Shown in pieces: positions 10,936-21,414 of a stretch of 64,000 nt of DNA; position 1 is the first letter of the stretch, and every line of letters begins with the position of its first letter. This DNA comes from Spongospora subterranea f. sp. subterranea (Eukaryota), in contig JAUGWO010000024.1 in the NCBI GenBank assembly GCA_049724395.1, forward strand, positions 1 through 64,000. The letters run 5' to 3'. The notes beneath the pieces are model-generated. The model did not search any database, was not told the origin of the DNA, and worked only from the letters and a program-made list of their open reading frames with translations. Made by a program: the position numbers and the translations under genes.

Positions 10936-13482
10936 GCCCATCTCCCCCTGGTCATATCCCCCCTCACCTCTTTACCTGTTACCGCTTGGTATCACCAGCC
11001 ATATCTGCCCCATATCCAGTGCCCATCTCCCTCTGGTCATATCCCCCCTCACCCCTTTACCTGTTACCGCTTGGTCTCACCAGTCATATCTGCCCCATAT
11101 CCAGTGCCCATCTCCCTTGGTCATATCCCCCCTCACCTCTTTACCTGTTACCGCTTGGTCTCACCAGCCATATCTGCCCCATATCCAGTGCCCATCTCCC
11201 TCTGGTCATATCCCCCCTCACCCCTTTACCTGTTACCGCTTGGTCTCACCAGTCATATCTGCCCCATATCCAGTGCCCATCTGCCCCTGGTGATATCCCC
11301 CCTCACCTCCTTTACCTGTTACCGCTTGGTCTCACCAGTCATATCTGCCCCATATCCAGTGCCCATCTGCCCCTGGTGATATCCCCCCTCATTCCTTTAC
11401 CTGTTACCGCTTGGTCTCACCAGTCATATCTGCCCCATATCCAGTGCCCATCTGCCCCTGGTGATATCCCCCCTCACCCCTTTACCTGTTACCGCTTGGT
11501 CTCACCAGCCATATCTGCCCCATATCCAGTGCCCATCTCCCTGCCCCTGGTGATATCCCCCCTCACCCCTTTACCTGTTACCGCTTGGTCTCACCAGTCA
11601 TATCTGCCCCATATCCAGTGCCCATCTCCCTCTGGTGATATCCCCCCTCACCCCTTTACCTGTTACCGCTTGGTCTCACCAGTCATATCTGCCCCATATC
11701 CAGTGCCCATCTCCCCTGGTCATATCCCCCCTCACCCCTTTACCTGTTACCGCTTGGTCTCACCAGTCATATCTGCCCCATATCCAGTGCCCATCTGATA
11801 TCCCCCCTCACCCCTTTACCTGTTACCGCTTGGTCTCACCAGTCATATCTGCCCCATATCCAGTGCCCATCTCCCTCTGGTGATATCCCCCCTCACCCCT
11901 TTACCTGTTACCGCTTGGTCTCACCAGCCATATCTGCCCCATATCCAGTGCCCATCTCCCTCTGGTGATATCCCCCCTCACCCCTTTACCTGTTACCGCT
12001 TGGTCTCACCAGTCATATCTGCCCCATATCCAGTGCCCATCTCACCAGTCATATCTGCCCCCCTCTGGTGATATCCCCCCTCACCCCTTTACCTGTTACC
12101 GTTACCGCTCTTGGTCTCACCAGTCATATCTGCCCCATATCCAGTGCCCATCTCCCTCTGGTGATATCCCCCCTCACCCCTTTACCTGTTACCGCTTGGT
12201 CTCACCAGTCATATCTGCCCCATATCCAGTGCCCATCTCCCTCTGGTGATATCCCCCCTCACCCCTTTACCTGTTACCGCTTGGTCTCACCAGTCATATC
12301 TGCCCCATATCCAGTGCCCATCTCCCTCTGGTGATATCCCCCCTCACCCCTTTACCTGTTACCGCTTGGTCTCACCAGTCATATCTGCCCCATATCCAGT
12401 GCCCATCTCCCTCTGGTCATATCCCCCCTCACCCCTTTACCTGTTACCGCTTGGTCTCACCAGTCATATCTGCCCCATATCCAGTGCCCATCTCCCTCTG
12501 GTCATATCCCCCCTCACCCCTTTACCTGTTACCGCTTGGTCTCACCAGTCATATCTGCCCCATATCCAGTGCCCATCTGCCTCTGGTGATATCCCCCCTC
12601 ACCCCTTTACCTGTTACCGCTTGGTCTCACCAGTCATATCTGCCCCATATCCAGTGACCATCTCCCTTGGTCATATCCCCCCTCACCCCTTTACCTGTTT
12701 ACCGCTTGTCTCACCAGTCATATCTGCCCCATAGTCCAGATATCCCCCCTCACCCCTTTACCTGCCCATCTCACCAGTCCTGCCCCATATGGTGGATATC
12801 CCCCCTCACCCCTTTACCTGTTACCGCTTGGTCTCACCAGTCATCTGCCCCATATCCAGTGCCCCTCACCCCTTTATATCCAGTGCCCATCTGCCCCATA
12901 TCCTGGTCTGGTGATATCCCCCCTCACCCCTTTACCTGTTACCGCTTGGTCTCACCAGTCATATCTGCCCCATATCCAGTGCCCATCTGTGCCTCACCAG
13001 TCATATCTGCCCCATATCCAGTGCCCATCTGGTGATATCCCCCCTCACCCCTTTACCTGTTACCGCTTGGTCTCACCAGTCATATCTGCCCCATATCCAG
13101 TGACCATCTCCCTTGGTCATATCCCCCCTCACCCCTTTACCTGTTACCGCTTGGTCTCACCAGTCATATCTGCCCCATATCCAGTGCCCATCTGCCTCTG
13201 GTGATATCCCCCCTCACCCCTTTACCTGTTACATCTTGGTCTCACCAGTCATATCTGCCCCATATCCAGTGCCCACCCATCTGCCCCTTGGTGATATCCC
13301 CCCTCACCCCTTTACCTGTTACCGCTTGGTCTCACCAGTCATATCTGCCCCATATCCAGTGCCCATCTGCCTCTGGTGATATCCCCCCTCACCCCTTTAC
13401 CTGTTACCGCTTGGTCTCACCAGTCATATCTGCCCCATATCCAGTGCCCATCTCCCTCTGGTCATATCCCCCCTCACCCCTT
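10936..13482. repeat. 85-bp-unit tandem satellite, ~30 copies, C-rich on + strand
   Basis: Unit cccatctccctctggtgatatcccccctcacccctttacctgttaccgcttggtctcaccagtcatatctgccccatatccagtg. The period of 85 is visible directly (11880/11965, 12246/12331); units are scrambled at ~12700-13030. Confidence 0.97.
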
Positions 13483-13739
13483 AACATTTCAGGCAGCTTT
13501 GCATTCATCCTCATCACCTCAGCTGTCTCAATTATAACTCGATTACACCATTTTGATTTAGGAGATTATGATTGATCAGTTAACATTTTAGCCAGAATAT
13601 TAGTGCCTTGGAGCGCCATCCGTTGACGGCTTGTGTGGTCCCATGAATCATTTATCATCGTGCCCAGCTAAATCGTGCTGCAGCAGGATGGAAGGTAATT
13701 GGCAAGAATAGTTTATTATGGTGTAAGACACGATGTTGT

Positions 13740-14748
13740 GAGATTTTTGGCCAATCAGTAAGAGGTTCTTATCACATGGTAGCTCCTTCACACCTGTTGG
13801 ACTGTCCTGTGTCCTAAACGTCGATTTCGAACTGCCGAGTTCTGTTCGCCTGATCTGCTCTGCAATGTTTAAGATTGACAGTCCATTCCTCAGGTTCTCT
13901 TTGAAATTAAGAGGGCGATATGCCGCGAATCGTAAATCCCCTGATCCCTACCCCGGACTTGTCGCTACGTACTGTACCGAAACTCAGTCACAGAAAGACA
14001 GACAGTCGTGTCGTATTTGGTTCCGTCGTTCAGCTGTGATTCGTCGTCATTTGCTTCTTCTGTTAATTGCACATGTCATCCACAGATCAGGGCTTGCAAC
14101 AAAAGATACGTTGCCGGTTGTCACGGCCTTGGTAAGTTCGGACTTGACTTCGGAAAGTTCGGCCTCAAGCGCGGCGATCTTTTGTTGCAAGCCCTGATCT
14201 GTGGATGACATGTGCAGACCACTGGTGAACGACGGAATCAAATACGACTTGAGTGTCTGATTGTCTGAAACTGAGTTACAGTCGCGATGGTACGTGGTTT
14301 TGAGCATGACCTGTCTGACTGTCTGTGACTGAGTAGTACTGTGACAGTTACCGCTTTTTCGCGTCGCGATGATACGTGTCAGTTCCATACGTTTCATTGA
14401 TCGATGCTTCGGAACACAGCCATGGAATAGCTGGTGAACAGGTCGGTAACACCAAGTTCACCATGAGCGTATCCCGAAATTACCCTGTCAATACAGTACC
14501 CGTGCTCGAATTCACAGGTAGCGACAAGTCCGGGGTAGGGATCAGGGGATTCACGATTCGCGACATATCGCCCTCTTAACTTCAAGAGAACCTGAGGAAT
14601 GGACTGTCAGTTTTAAACAATGCAGAGCGGATCAGGCGAACAGAATTCAGAAGTTCGAAATCGACGTTTAGGACACAGGACAGTCCTTCAACAGGTGTCA
14701 AAGAGCTACCATGTGATAAGAACCTCTTACTGATTGGTCAAAGATCTC
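13740..14748. repeat. nested foldback (three pairs of inverted arms)
   Basis: Outer arms 13740-13968/14518-14748 (diverged); middle arms 14010-14032/14226-14248 (22/23); inner arms 14068-14107/14177-14216 (40/40). Confidence 0.92.
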
Positions 14749-16476
14749 GAAACATCAATAACGTCATTAACTTCAAAGCCATAGTCATCATTAGCAAAAC
14801 TACGTCTGAGACAACAAATCCTTGATAATAAAAGACATATTAGAGCTGATTTCAGACTGAGGCGGCACAGCTGGCGAGGGCTAAGAATGTGCAATGGATA
14901 ACTGATGATGAGGCTGCCAATCTGAAGATGAACTATTCGCACGTTCTGTATTTAATTCCAGTACCAACGTCAATTTCTGAAATGTCCCAAGACAGACGCC
15001 GGAGCTGGCATTGATCGCAATACATTGGCTTTACAATGGGATTTTCTTAGATTTGCTACGAGTGACCCCTGTATCAGGCCCATTTGCTTTCAAAGAGAAG
15101 ACATCCTGGCTATAGTTTCGGCAAGACGATGCGCTGCCTTTTTCGTCGACAAATGCGCCGATCGTCAATTGCAGTTCTGCATCATGCTCTCATCGTTGGG
15201 ATGAGAGAAGATGCACAGTGGATATCTACGATGATTGTTGAAAGATCAACAACGCCGACGCTAATCAGATCAAGCAGTAATTGTGTTTGAACAAGTCGTG
15301 TATGAAGTCTATCTATTGCTGATTTGGTCCGAGTCCGCGTGCGGCATCAATTGTTTTCCCGTCCATTATGATTCGAGAAGTCTGATTTTTGCTCTCCAAA
15401 AGGAGTTGCTTACCAGAGGTGGCAAAGGAGCGGCCGTTGAGTTCCAATCCTTGCTGGATACGCGATCTTAGAGAGTCACATGTAGAAATCTTCGTGTCCT
15501 CAGAGCCAGTATTTCGTCGTAATCTCGCAGGTTAACGAAAATCTGACACAGGTCGACATGATTTCGACTCTGGAGTAGATCAAGGTGCGCCAACATCTTC
15601 ATCGGCTAAGAAAAGTAAACGGATTGGTCAAGATACGACTTGAGAATACGTTTTTGCAGACTACCCAAATGTCAAAATCTCAACTTCGTCTTGTAAAAGC
15701 TGACTTTCGCCAGTGACAGAGAAGGCGGTTCGATTGGCAAGTTCGTAGTTGATTAGCAGCCACGGCAAACGAAACTTCAACAGCGTCGACGACAAGTTCG
15801 GCAACACAATATCAGGGCGGCCGGAGGTAGGGTGTTGTGAAAGGCGTCTGAAGAAAAAACACGATGGCGACGATTGAACACTGAAAGTGGCGGGCATGGA
15901 TCAATAACGAACCCAGCCATAACTGACCTGACAACAGTATGGCGGATCGAAAGTCGACGACGAAACCTAAATATAGAGCGTGAATTAACAATATTGTAAT
16001 ACAATGGCAAAGGACATACAGGTTTCCAGTTATATCGGAACGTTCGGGCAGACAACAAACATTACAGTGCACGCGGATTTATCGGACCTGCGAGAAGGCA
16101 GACCTTCAATTGGTTAGGTCCACAATTTACTTTATTATGCATCCAGCCATTCCCGGGCTGTGCCAGGTCGCAAATCGAATTATTCAATTTGAATCATACC
16201 AAGGGTTTATTTGAAAAACTGAAGTGAATAAATGATTCTTTTACATAATACGAGTAAATAAACTAATTGTGAACCCTAGTAATTTGAGTACAACGTAAAA
16301 AATCATGTAACACGGTGAACCCGTAACCAGGAACAGAAAATGCCCGGGACGAAACCAATCACGAATTACTACAGTAGACTTTGGTGTTCTGGCCCCCCTA
16401 ATGTACATGCGCAGCCTTTTCTGGTGGTGGTACGGCCCTTGTCAGGGCGACTCCAACGGTACAATTCCAATTGAAA

Positions 16477-17619
16477 ATGAAGAGGTATTTCTCCTTGAAT
16501 GTCAAAGCTGCGATCGTGACCGAGGCCTACTCTCAGGAAGGCATCCTTAACGAGACCGCAAGGAAATGTAGCATATCACCAGCGCAGATCAGAAGATGGA
16601 ACAAGCAGAAGGTTGCTATAGGAGAAAATATCCAACGAATCGGAGAATTGAAAATTGTTCATCCTGGGCGTGCCCCCATCACTAATGCTGAAAGCTTGAA
16701 CCAACTTCGGCAGTTTATTCAGATTTTGGAAGAACGACATCGCACCATTTCGGTTGGAATGATTTGTCGTGAACTGAAGAGGCTGGTTCCTGAAGAAGCG
16801 GATATCGATATGAATACTTTAAGGCAGCGAATGTATCGGTTTCTACGTAAGGATAATATTGTACAAAGACGGGCAACGCACGTTGCTCAGAATACCAGAT
16901 ATGACCAACAACAAATTGACCAGTTCGTTGAGTATGTCAACGAAGAAATCCATCGACTATGCATCGGTCCAGATGATATCGTGAACATCGATGAAACGAA
17001 TGTTGACTTTGACATGACCGGCAAAGTTACCCTGGCCCGACGTGGAACCAGGACCGTCAGTCTTCAATCGATCGGATCGGCTGCTCGAGTAACAGTCCTG
17101 CTCGGTGTCACAATGTCAGGAACCAAGCTCAAACCCTTCTTAATTTTTAAGGGCAAACCTGGTGGAAGAATCATTCGAGAATTTACACAATTACATTATC
17201 CCGAAGGGTGTGTTTACACAGTTCAAGAAAGTGCATGGATTGACGAAACAACTTTCAGCCTGTGGATCGACACGATTTGGAAGCCATTTTGCGCGAACAA
17301 GCCGATCACATATCTTATCATGGGCAAATGCAAAGTCCACCTGATGAACAGCATCGTTGTCCAGTTGCAGAACTGTGGAACCGAAGTTGACTTCATTTTG
17401 GCCGGGTATACCGCCAAATTACAAGTATTAGATATAGGAATCAACAAACCCTTCAAGGATTATTTGAGAGTGGACTATGAATCGTTTATGATGCAGAACC
17501 CGGAAAATAAGGCCCCGTCGAGGCTTCATGTCGCTAAATGGGTTGCAAACGCTTGGGAAAGCATCAAGGAAATTTCAATGACAAATACGTGGAAAGGAAT
17601 TGGTTTTCATAAAGATTAA
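16477..17619 (+). CDS. pogo/Tigger-type transposase (HTH + CENP-B-like HTH + DDE_1); second catalytic Asp replaced by Gly
   Basis: NIDET, VTVLLGVTMSGTKLKPFLIFKG, QESAWID, YLIM(G)KCKVH, YTAKLQVLDIGINKPFK; spacing is DD35D-like; GGC codon at 17323-17325. Confidence 0.92.
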   Translation: MKRYFSLNVKAAIVTEAYSQEGILNETARKCSISPAQIRRWNKQKVAIGENIQRIGELKIVHPGRAPITNAESLNQLRQFIQILEERHRTISVGMICRELKRLVPEEADIDMNTLRQRMYRFLRKDNIVQRRATHVAQNTRYDQQQIDQFVEYVNEEIHRLCIGPDDIVNIDETNVDFDMTGKVTLARRGTRTVSLQSIGSAARVTVLLGVTMSGTKLKPFLIFKGKPGGRIIREFTQLHYPEGCVYTVQESAWIDETTFSLWIDTIWKPFCANKPITYLIMGKCKVHLMNSIVVQLQNCGTEVDFILAGYTAKLQVLDIGINKPFKDYLRVDYESFMMQNPENKAPSRLHVAKWVANAWESIKEISMTNTWKGIGFHKD

Positions 17620-17671
17620 GAGTGATTTTTATTCTTCAACTTATTGGTTTTCATAAAGATTGAGAGTGATT

Positions 17672-18049
17672 TCATTCTTCAACTGGAACATATTCGAGTA
17701 GACGAAATGAAGCCATCCCCTTATTCTTGAAACTCTTGTTGCGTTTAACAACGTTGTCGCAGTTCTCATACAGTTGTAGGACTTGGCCGAATTTATTGGC
17801 AAACCTTTCTTTCGACCTGGCGACTAAGCTCCTCTGTAAGAATCCCACGCGACAGCTCTCGACGCCATCGCGAATCCGGTGGCATGCGATTGCCTGTTCC
17901 ACTTGTCCATCAAAATCAACAATGACGACCTTGAAGCGAATGAGGTCGCCCTCGTTCACCCAGTTACCGCAAGTACCGTGCGATTCACAAGAGCGACCGT
18001 TGCTATCGGAATGTAACCCGACGATTTCGCCAACTCCCACATTATCCAT
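17672..18049 (-). CDS. 125-aa passenger ORF inside the pogo element; HIRAN-like with a Cys/His cluster
   Basis: Intact ORF starting 77 bp inside the right end: EIVGLHSDSNGRSCESHGTCG...AIACHRIRDGVESCRVGFLQRSL. The AI-x(n)-VGFLxR pattern resembles the HIRAN 'NAI...VGYLPR' core (by eye). Confidence 0.65.
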   Translation of the reverse strand: MDNVGVGEIVGLHSDSNGRSCESHGTCGNWVNEGDLIRFKVVIVDFDGQVEQAIACHRIRDGVESCRVGFLQRSLVARSKERFANKFGQVLQLYENCDNVVKRNKSFKNKGMASFRLLEYVPVEE

Positions 18050-18219
18050 TGGGTATTGAACCGAGATTACAGGGTTTGCATACTGCGCACAAGACTCCAA
18101 GGGGGCCAGTACACCAAAGTCTACGGTACAGTACGTACGAACATATTTCAAGGGCCATACTGTGTACTGGTACTGTACCATGAAATAGTCAAATAGGACA
18201 GTGCGCGGCCTATCCCCTA

Positions 18220-19445
18220 AACCGCGCGAGATGTTTGGACACTCGCACAACAGGGTACACTAATGACTGTGACACAGTCTAATAATGCAAAGATATACTT
18301 TGCACTGAGCGCGGTGGATGAGGGTTGCGGATCACGGCATTTGCCAGATCGATCGATTGTTAGTTCTGTTCTCTCTTCATCAAATTCCAGATCTATAGTC
18401 TGTCCATTCTCCTCTTACTTCTCTTGTGTCTTCTGTTGCAGTTTCAACAATGTTCCAGGTGGTGATTATATTCAACATATGCAATCATTAACGGTTCAAT
18501 TATCTCTGTTTGTGTTTGTTTAGTCAACTATCGCCTAGCACTTATGCTGCCGTCACTCAGATGGCTGTATGGGAAAGGGTTTTGGCTCTAATCGCATACT
18601 GTTCATCACTTTGACTCCTCTATAGCGATTCACCAGTAATCGCTGTTTCTCCCCGGTTGTCGGATGTATTAGACAGCGCCCCTGTTAATACGATGTATTC
18701 TATTAGCTTTGGTGTCATAATCGTTCATTAATACTTGTAATTAGTGGTTGTTAATCGCAAATTCGTGCGTCCAGTGATGTTTATCCAGACGATAATGTCT
18801 CTGTTAATACGAGGTATACCAATAGCTGTTTTGTCGTTAATGGTTTATTAATACTTGTAATCAGTGGTTGTTAATCGCAAATTCGCGCGTCCGGTGATGT
18901 TTATCCAGGCAATAATGCCTCTGTTGATGAGAGGTGTACCAATAGCTTTTGGCGTCATAATCGTTTATCTTGTTCCGTCCCGACACGTCTTTTTCCAAAG
19001 CGTCAAAATCGAACGCACTGCGAGTGCATTGAAAATATCAAAGTACGCCAGTCACTTTATTTTTAAACGAAGGATGAACAAAATTATAAATACATTATGT
19101 TATTTAAGTGTTTCATTAATTAATTAGCGTGCGTGATTTGAAAAAATATCGTTTACATAATAGATGCTCGAGCAAGTTTGATACAAATGCTGATCCTCCA
19201 TTTGAACATGAAATAAAATAGAGTAGTTTGCGATGGAGTTCCGAAGAAATCACAGGGCATTTGATGTTGACGCTTTCGAAAAGACGTCTCGGCAAATCAT
19301 AGTTAACCAGTTTCCGAGAGATCCGATACCACAGTATACTGAAGGTCCATGGAACGCACTGTGCGATATAGTTTTGCAATGATTTGACTGTGTCACAGTC
19401 ATTAGTGTACCTTATTGTGCGAGTGTCCAAGCATCTCGCGCGGTT
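18220..19445. mobile_element. non-autonomous TIR element (~1.2 kb) with ~90-bp inverted termini
   Basis: 18220-18310 (aaccgcgcgagatgtttggacactcgcacaacagggtacactaatgactgtgacacagtc...) is the reverse complement, with mismatches, of 19355-19445. No credible internal ORF and no clear TSD. Confidence 0.75.
18681..18968. repeat. 120-bp tandem repeat, ~2.4 copies, inside the TIR element
   Basis: gtggttgttaatcgcaaattcg recurs at 18744 and 18864; ctgtt-a-at--gaggt-taccaatagct-type starts recur at about 18681/18801/18921. Confidence 0.85.
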
Positions 19446-19599
19446 GAACCGCGCGCGGTAGAAAAAAGCCACCGGACAGTGCGACAGTGCCGCGGCCTCT
19501 CACTGTGAAAAATCCTAAAAAGTCCCAAGTGATCAAAAAGTGATTGGAAGTTTTCAAATCAACTCCGCCGGAAGTATATTATCTGTTGGCCACACCAAT

Positions 19600-20700
19600 T
19601 CCCGATGATGCCCAGAGAATATACCGCGAATTCGGTGATCGCGCGTAGCTTTCAAGAATGTGTTTTGAGGAATCTCAAAGACATCGAGGGCGTGTCCACT
19701 AAAAGTCTGGGCAATCATAATTTATTTACCTTCGGTTTCATTGTAACTTTGATTCGAGAAGGTTACAACTCCGATCCGGCGATAAAATACTCGGTCAAAC
19801 GTCGATCTACGGCAAACGTTCTCCAACGCTTGCCATTGGTGAGACCAGTAATGGTGCTAGACGAATACATATCGATCACGGATAAACGGGTTCATGATGG
19901 AGGAACGTGTTTCGTTTCCTGCACATCCCAGGCTGATTCAAGTGCGGCCAATTTGAGACCATTGTCAGGGCATAGCTCGGTCAATTTTGAAAATATCATA
20001 TGGATTCCAACAGATGCGGCGAACCTCAGCTTCGTTTGCTAGGTATTTCACATTCAGGGTATGCGGGTCATCGCGGAATGCCAGCGACTCGAAATGCGCT
20101 ATAAGGCCATTTTTTTTTTGTAGCAAAAGGAACTCCTCCTAAAATTTGCAAAATTTATGAAAACTTGGAACAATTGCATTGGCCACCTTTGTTGCAGTGC
20201 GCTCTTTGTTTCTTTCGAAACAGTGGTGTAAATTGGCCTTGGGTATCAAATACATGTTCTCCGATAATGTCTGTTTCGAGAAATACGTGGGCACACCGAT
20301 CAGGATACACTCTCTGTGAGTATCTATTGATGAACCCAAATAGGTTGGAGTTCTGGCGCTGCGGCGGGATATATTTGATCTTCAGAAAAAGTTCCGAACC
20401 CCTTGGCGGTATAGATTATGGAACAACGCTCGCCAGATCCTGAAGATGCCGTTAGTGGTTGATTCTGAGCACGTCGATGGCATCAAACTTTCGTGACATT
20501 GGTACTACGCTGGATTGACGTCCGCCTGTTTCGATTCGATGAACGTCGGATCGAAAACCCAGATCGGATATGAAACCCTGCGTAGTACCAATGTCGCGAA
20601 AGTTTCAACGCGGAGAACTCTGATTCGTCGATCGCGCCGACTTTGAGCAGGGCGTTCAGCTCCTTCAGCTGATCGAAAAACGACTCCGACATGAAGCGGC
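19600..20700 (-). pseudogene. decayed coding relic with a SHOCT-like segment, probably TE-derived
   Basis: MSESFFDQLKELNALLKVGAIDESEFSALK (about 20600-20692) fits the SHOCT pattern; downstream frames are broken by many stops. Confidence 0.3.
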
Positions 20701-21225
20701 AATGACGTTCGACGTGCAATGGCCATTGTGTGGAGAACGAACTGCGCAGAAATATCCCCATAAAATCATTCTTTCAAGACTTCTTCGCTGACTTTGGGGG
20801 TGGGAATGTAGTGCTGAGAACTCGAGACTTTTAGCCAAACGGATCCGGGGTTGAGGGGTCTTACGGTCCCAACTCAGGGTTCGGGCCTTTGTATAAATAA
20901 TCTTGTCACAGTTAATTACTGTATTTACCGTCTCGTGTTGAAATTGCCCATGCAACAACATTCGTTAGGAGATGACGGATTCACAGTGGCGTTTGCTGCT
21001 TTACTCAAAGCTTTTTCTACACTCGCATCCATCCTGCAACCTTTTTGTACAAAACAACTCCTGCAGGCGTATCCCTCAATAATTTTTTCCATGGGGATTT
21101 GTTTAAAGCGGATCTTTAGAGAGACCGTCCGCGTCTGAAACCAGCGTTTTTGGTTAATTGACAACTGTGCTCTCCATCATGAACGCTGGAGTAAAATGGA
21201 TTATCATCTGGCTAAAAAAATGGGA

Positions 21226-21298
21226 TGCCTCGTATGTGATTCGAACACATGATCTCTCCCTTACTAAGGGAGCGCCTTGCCAACTTGGCCAACGAGGC
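21226..21298 (-). tRNA. tRNA-Thr(AGT)
   Basis: GCCTCGT TG GCCAAGTTGGCAAGGC G CTCCC TTAGTAA GGGAG AGATC ATGTG TTCGAAT CACAT ACGAGGC A folds as a cloverleaf; a T7 Pol III terminator lies just downstream (21214-21220). Confidence 0.93.
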
Positions 21299-21414
21299 CA
21301 TAACTGCTGCTGTCGATATTGATATCATATTTTGTAATTAAATACAGTGGAGCCTGTTAAACTTTCGGTGATTGAAGGGAGAGATCTTGTGTTCGAATCA
21401 CATGTACGAGGCAA

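Larger units (their letters stand above)
16372..18126 (+). mobile_element. complete pogo-family DNA transposon (1755 bp) with TIRs, TA target duplication and two convergent ORFs
   Basis: Left end ta|cagtagactttggtgttctggccccc; right end gggggccagtacaccaaagtctacgg|ta (26-bp TIR, 2 mismatches). Confidence 0.9.

Noticed and set aside
10847..13575. Many Pro-rich ORFs over the satellite, and a superficial CRISPR-like periodicity
   Set aside because: The 85-bp unit is not a multiple of 3, so frames cycle and stop. Units are contiguous with no unique spacers, there are no cas genes, and the context is eukaryotic.
18050..18250. N-terminal extension of the 192-aa ORF
   Set aside because: It crosses the right TIR/TSD of the pogo element; the credible start is the ATG at 18049
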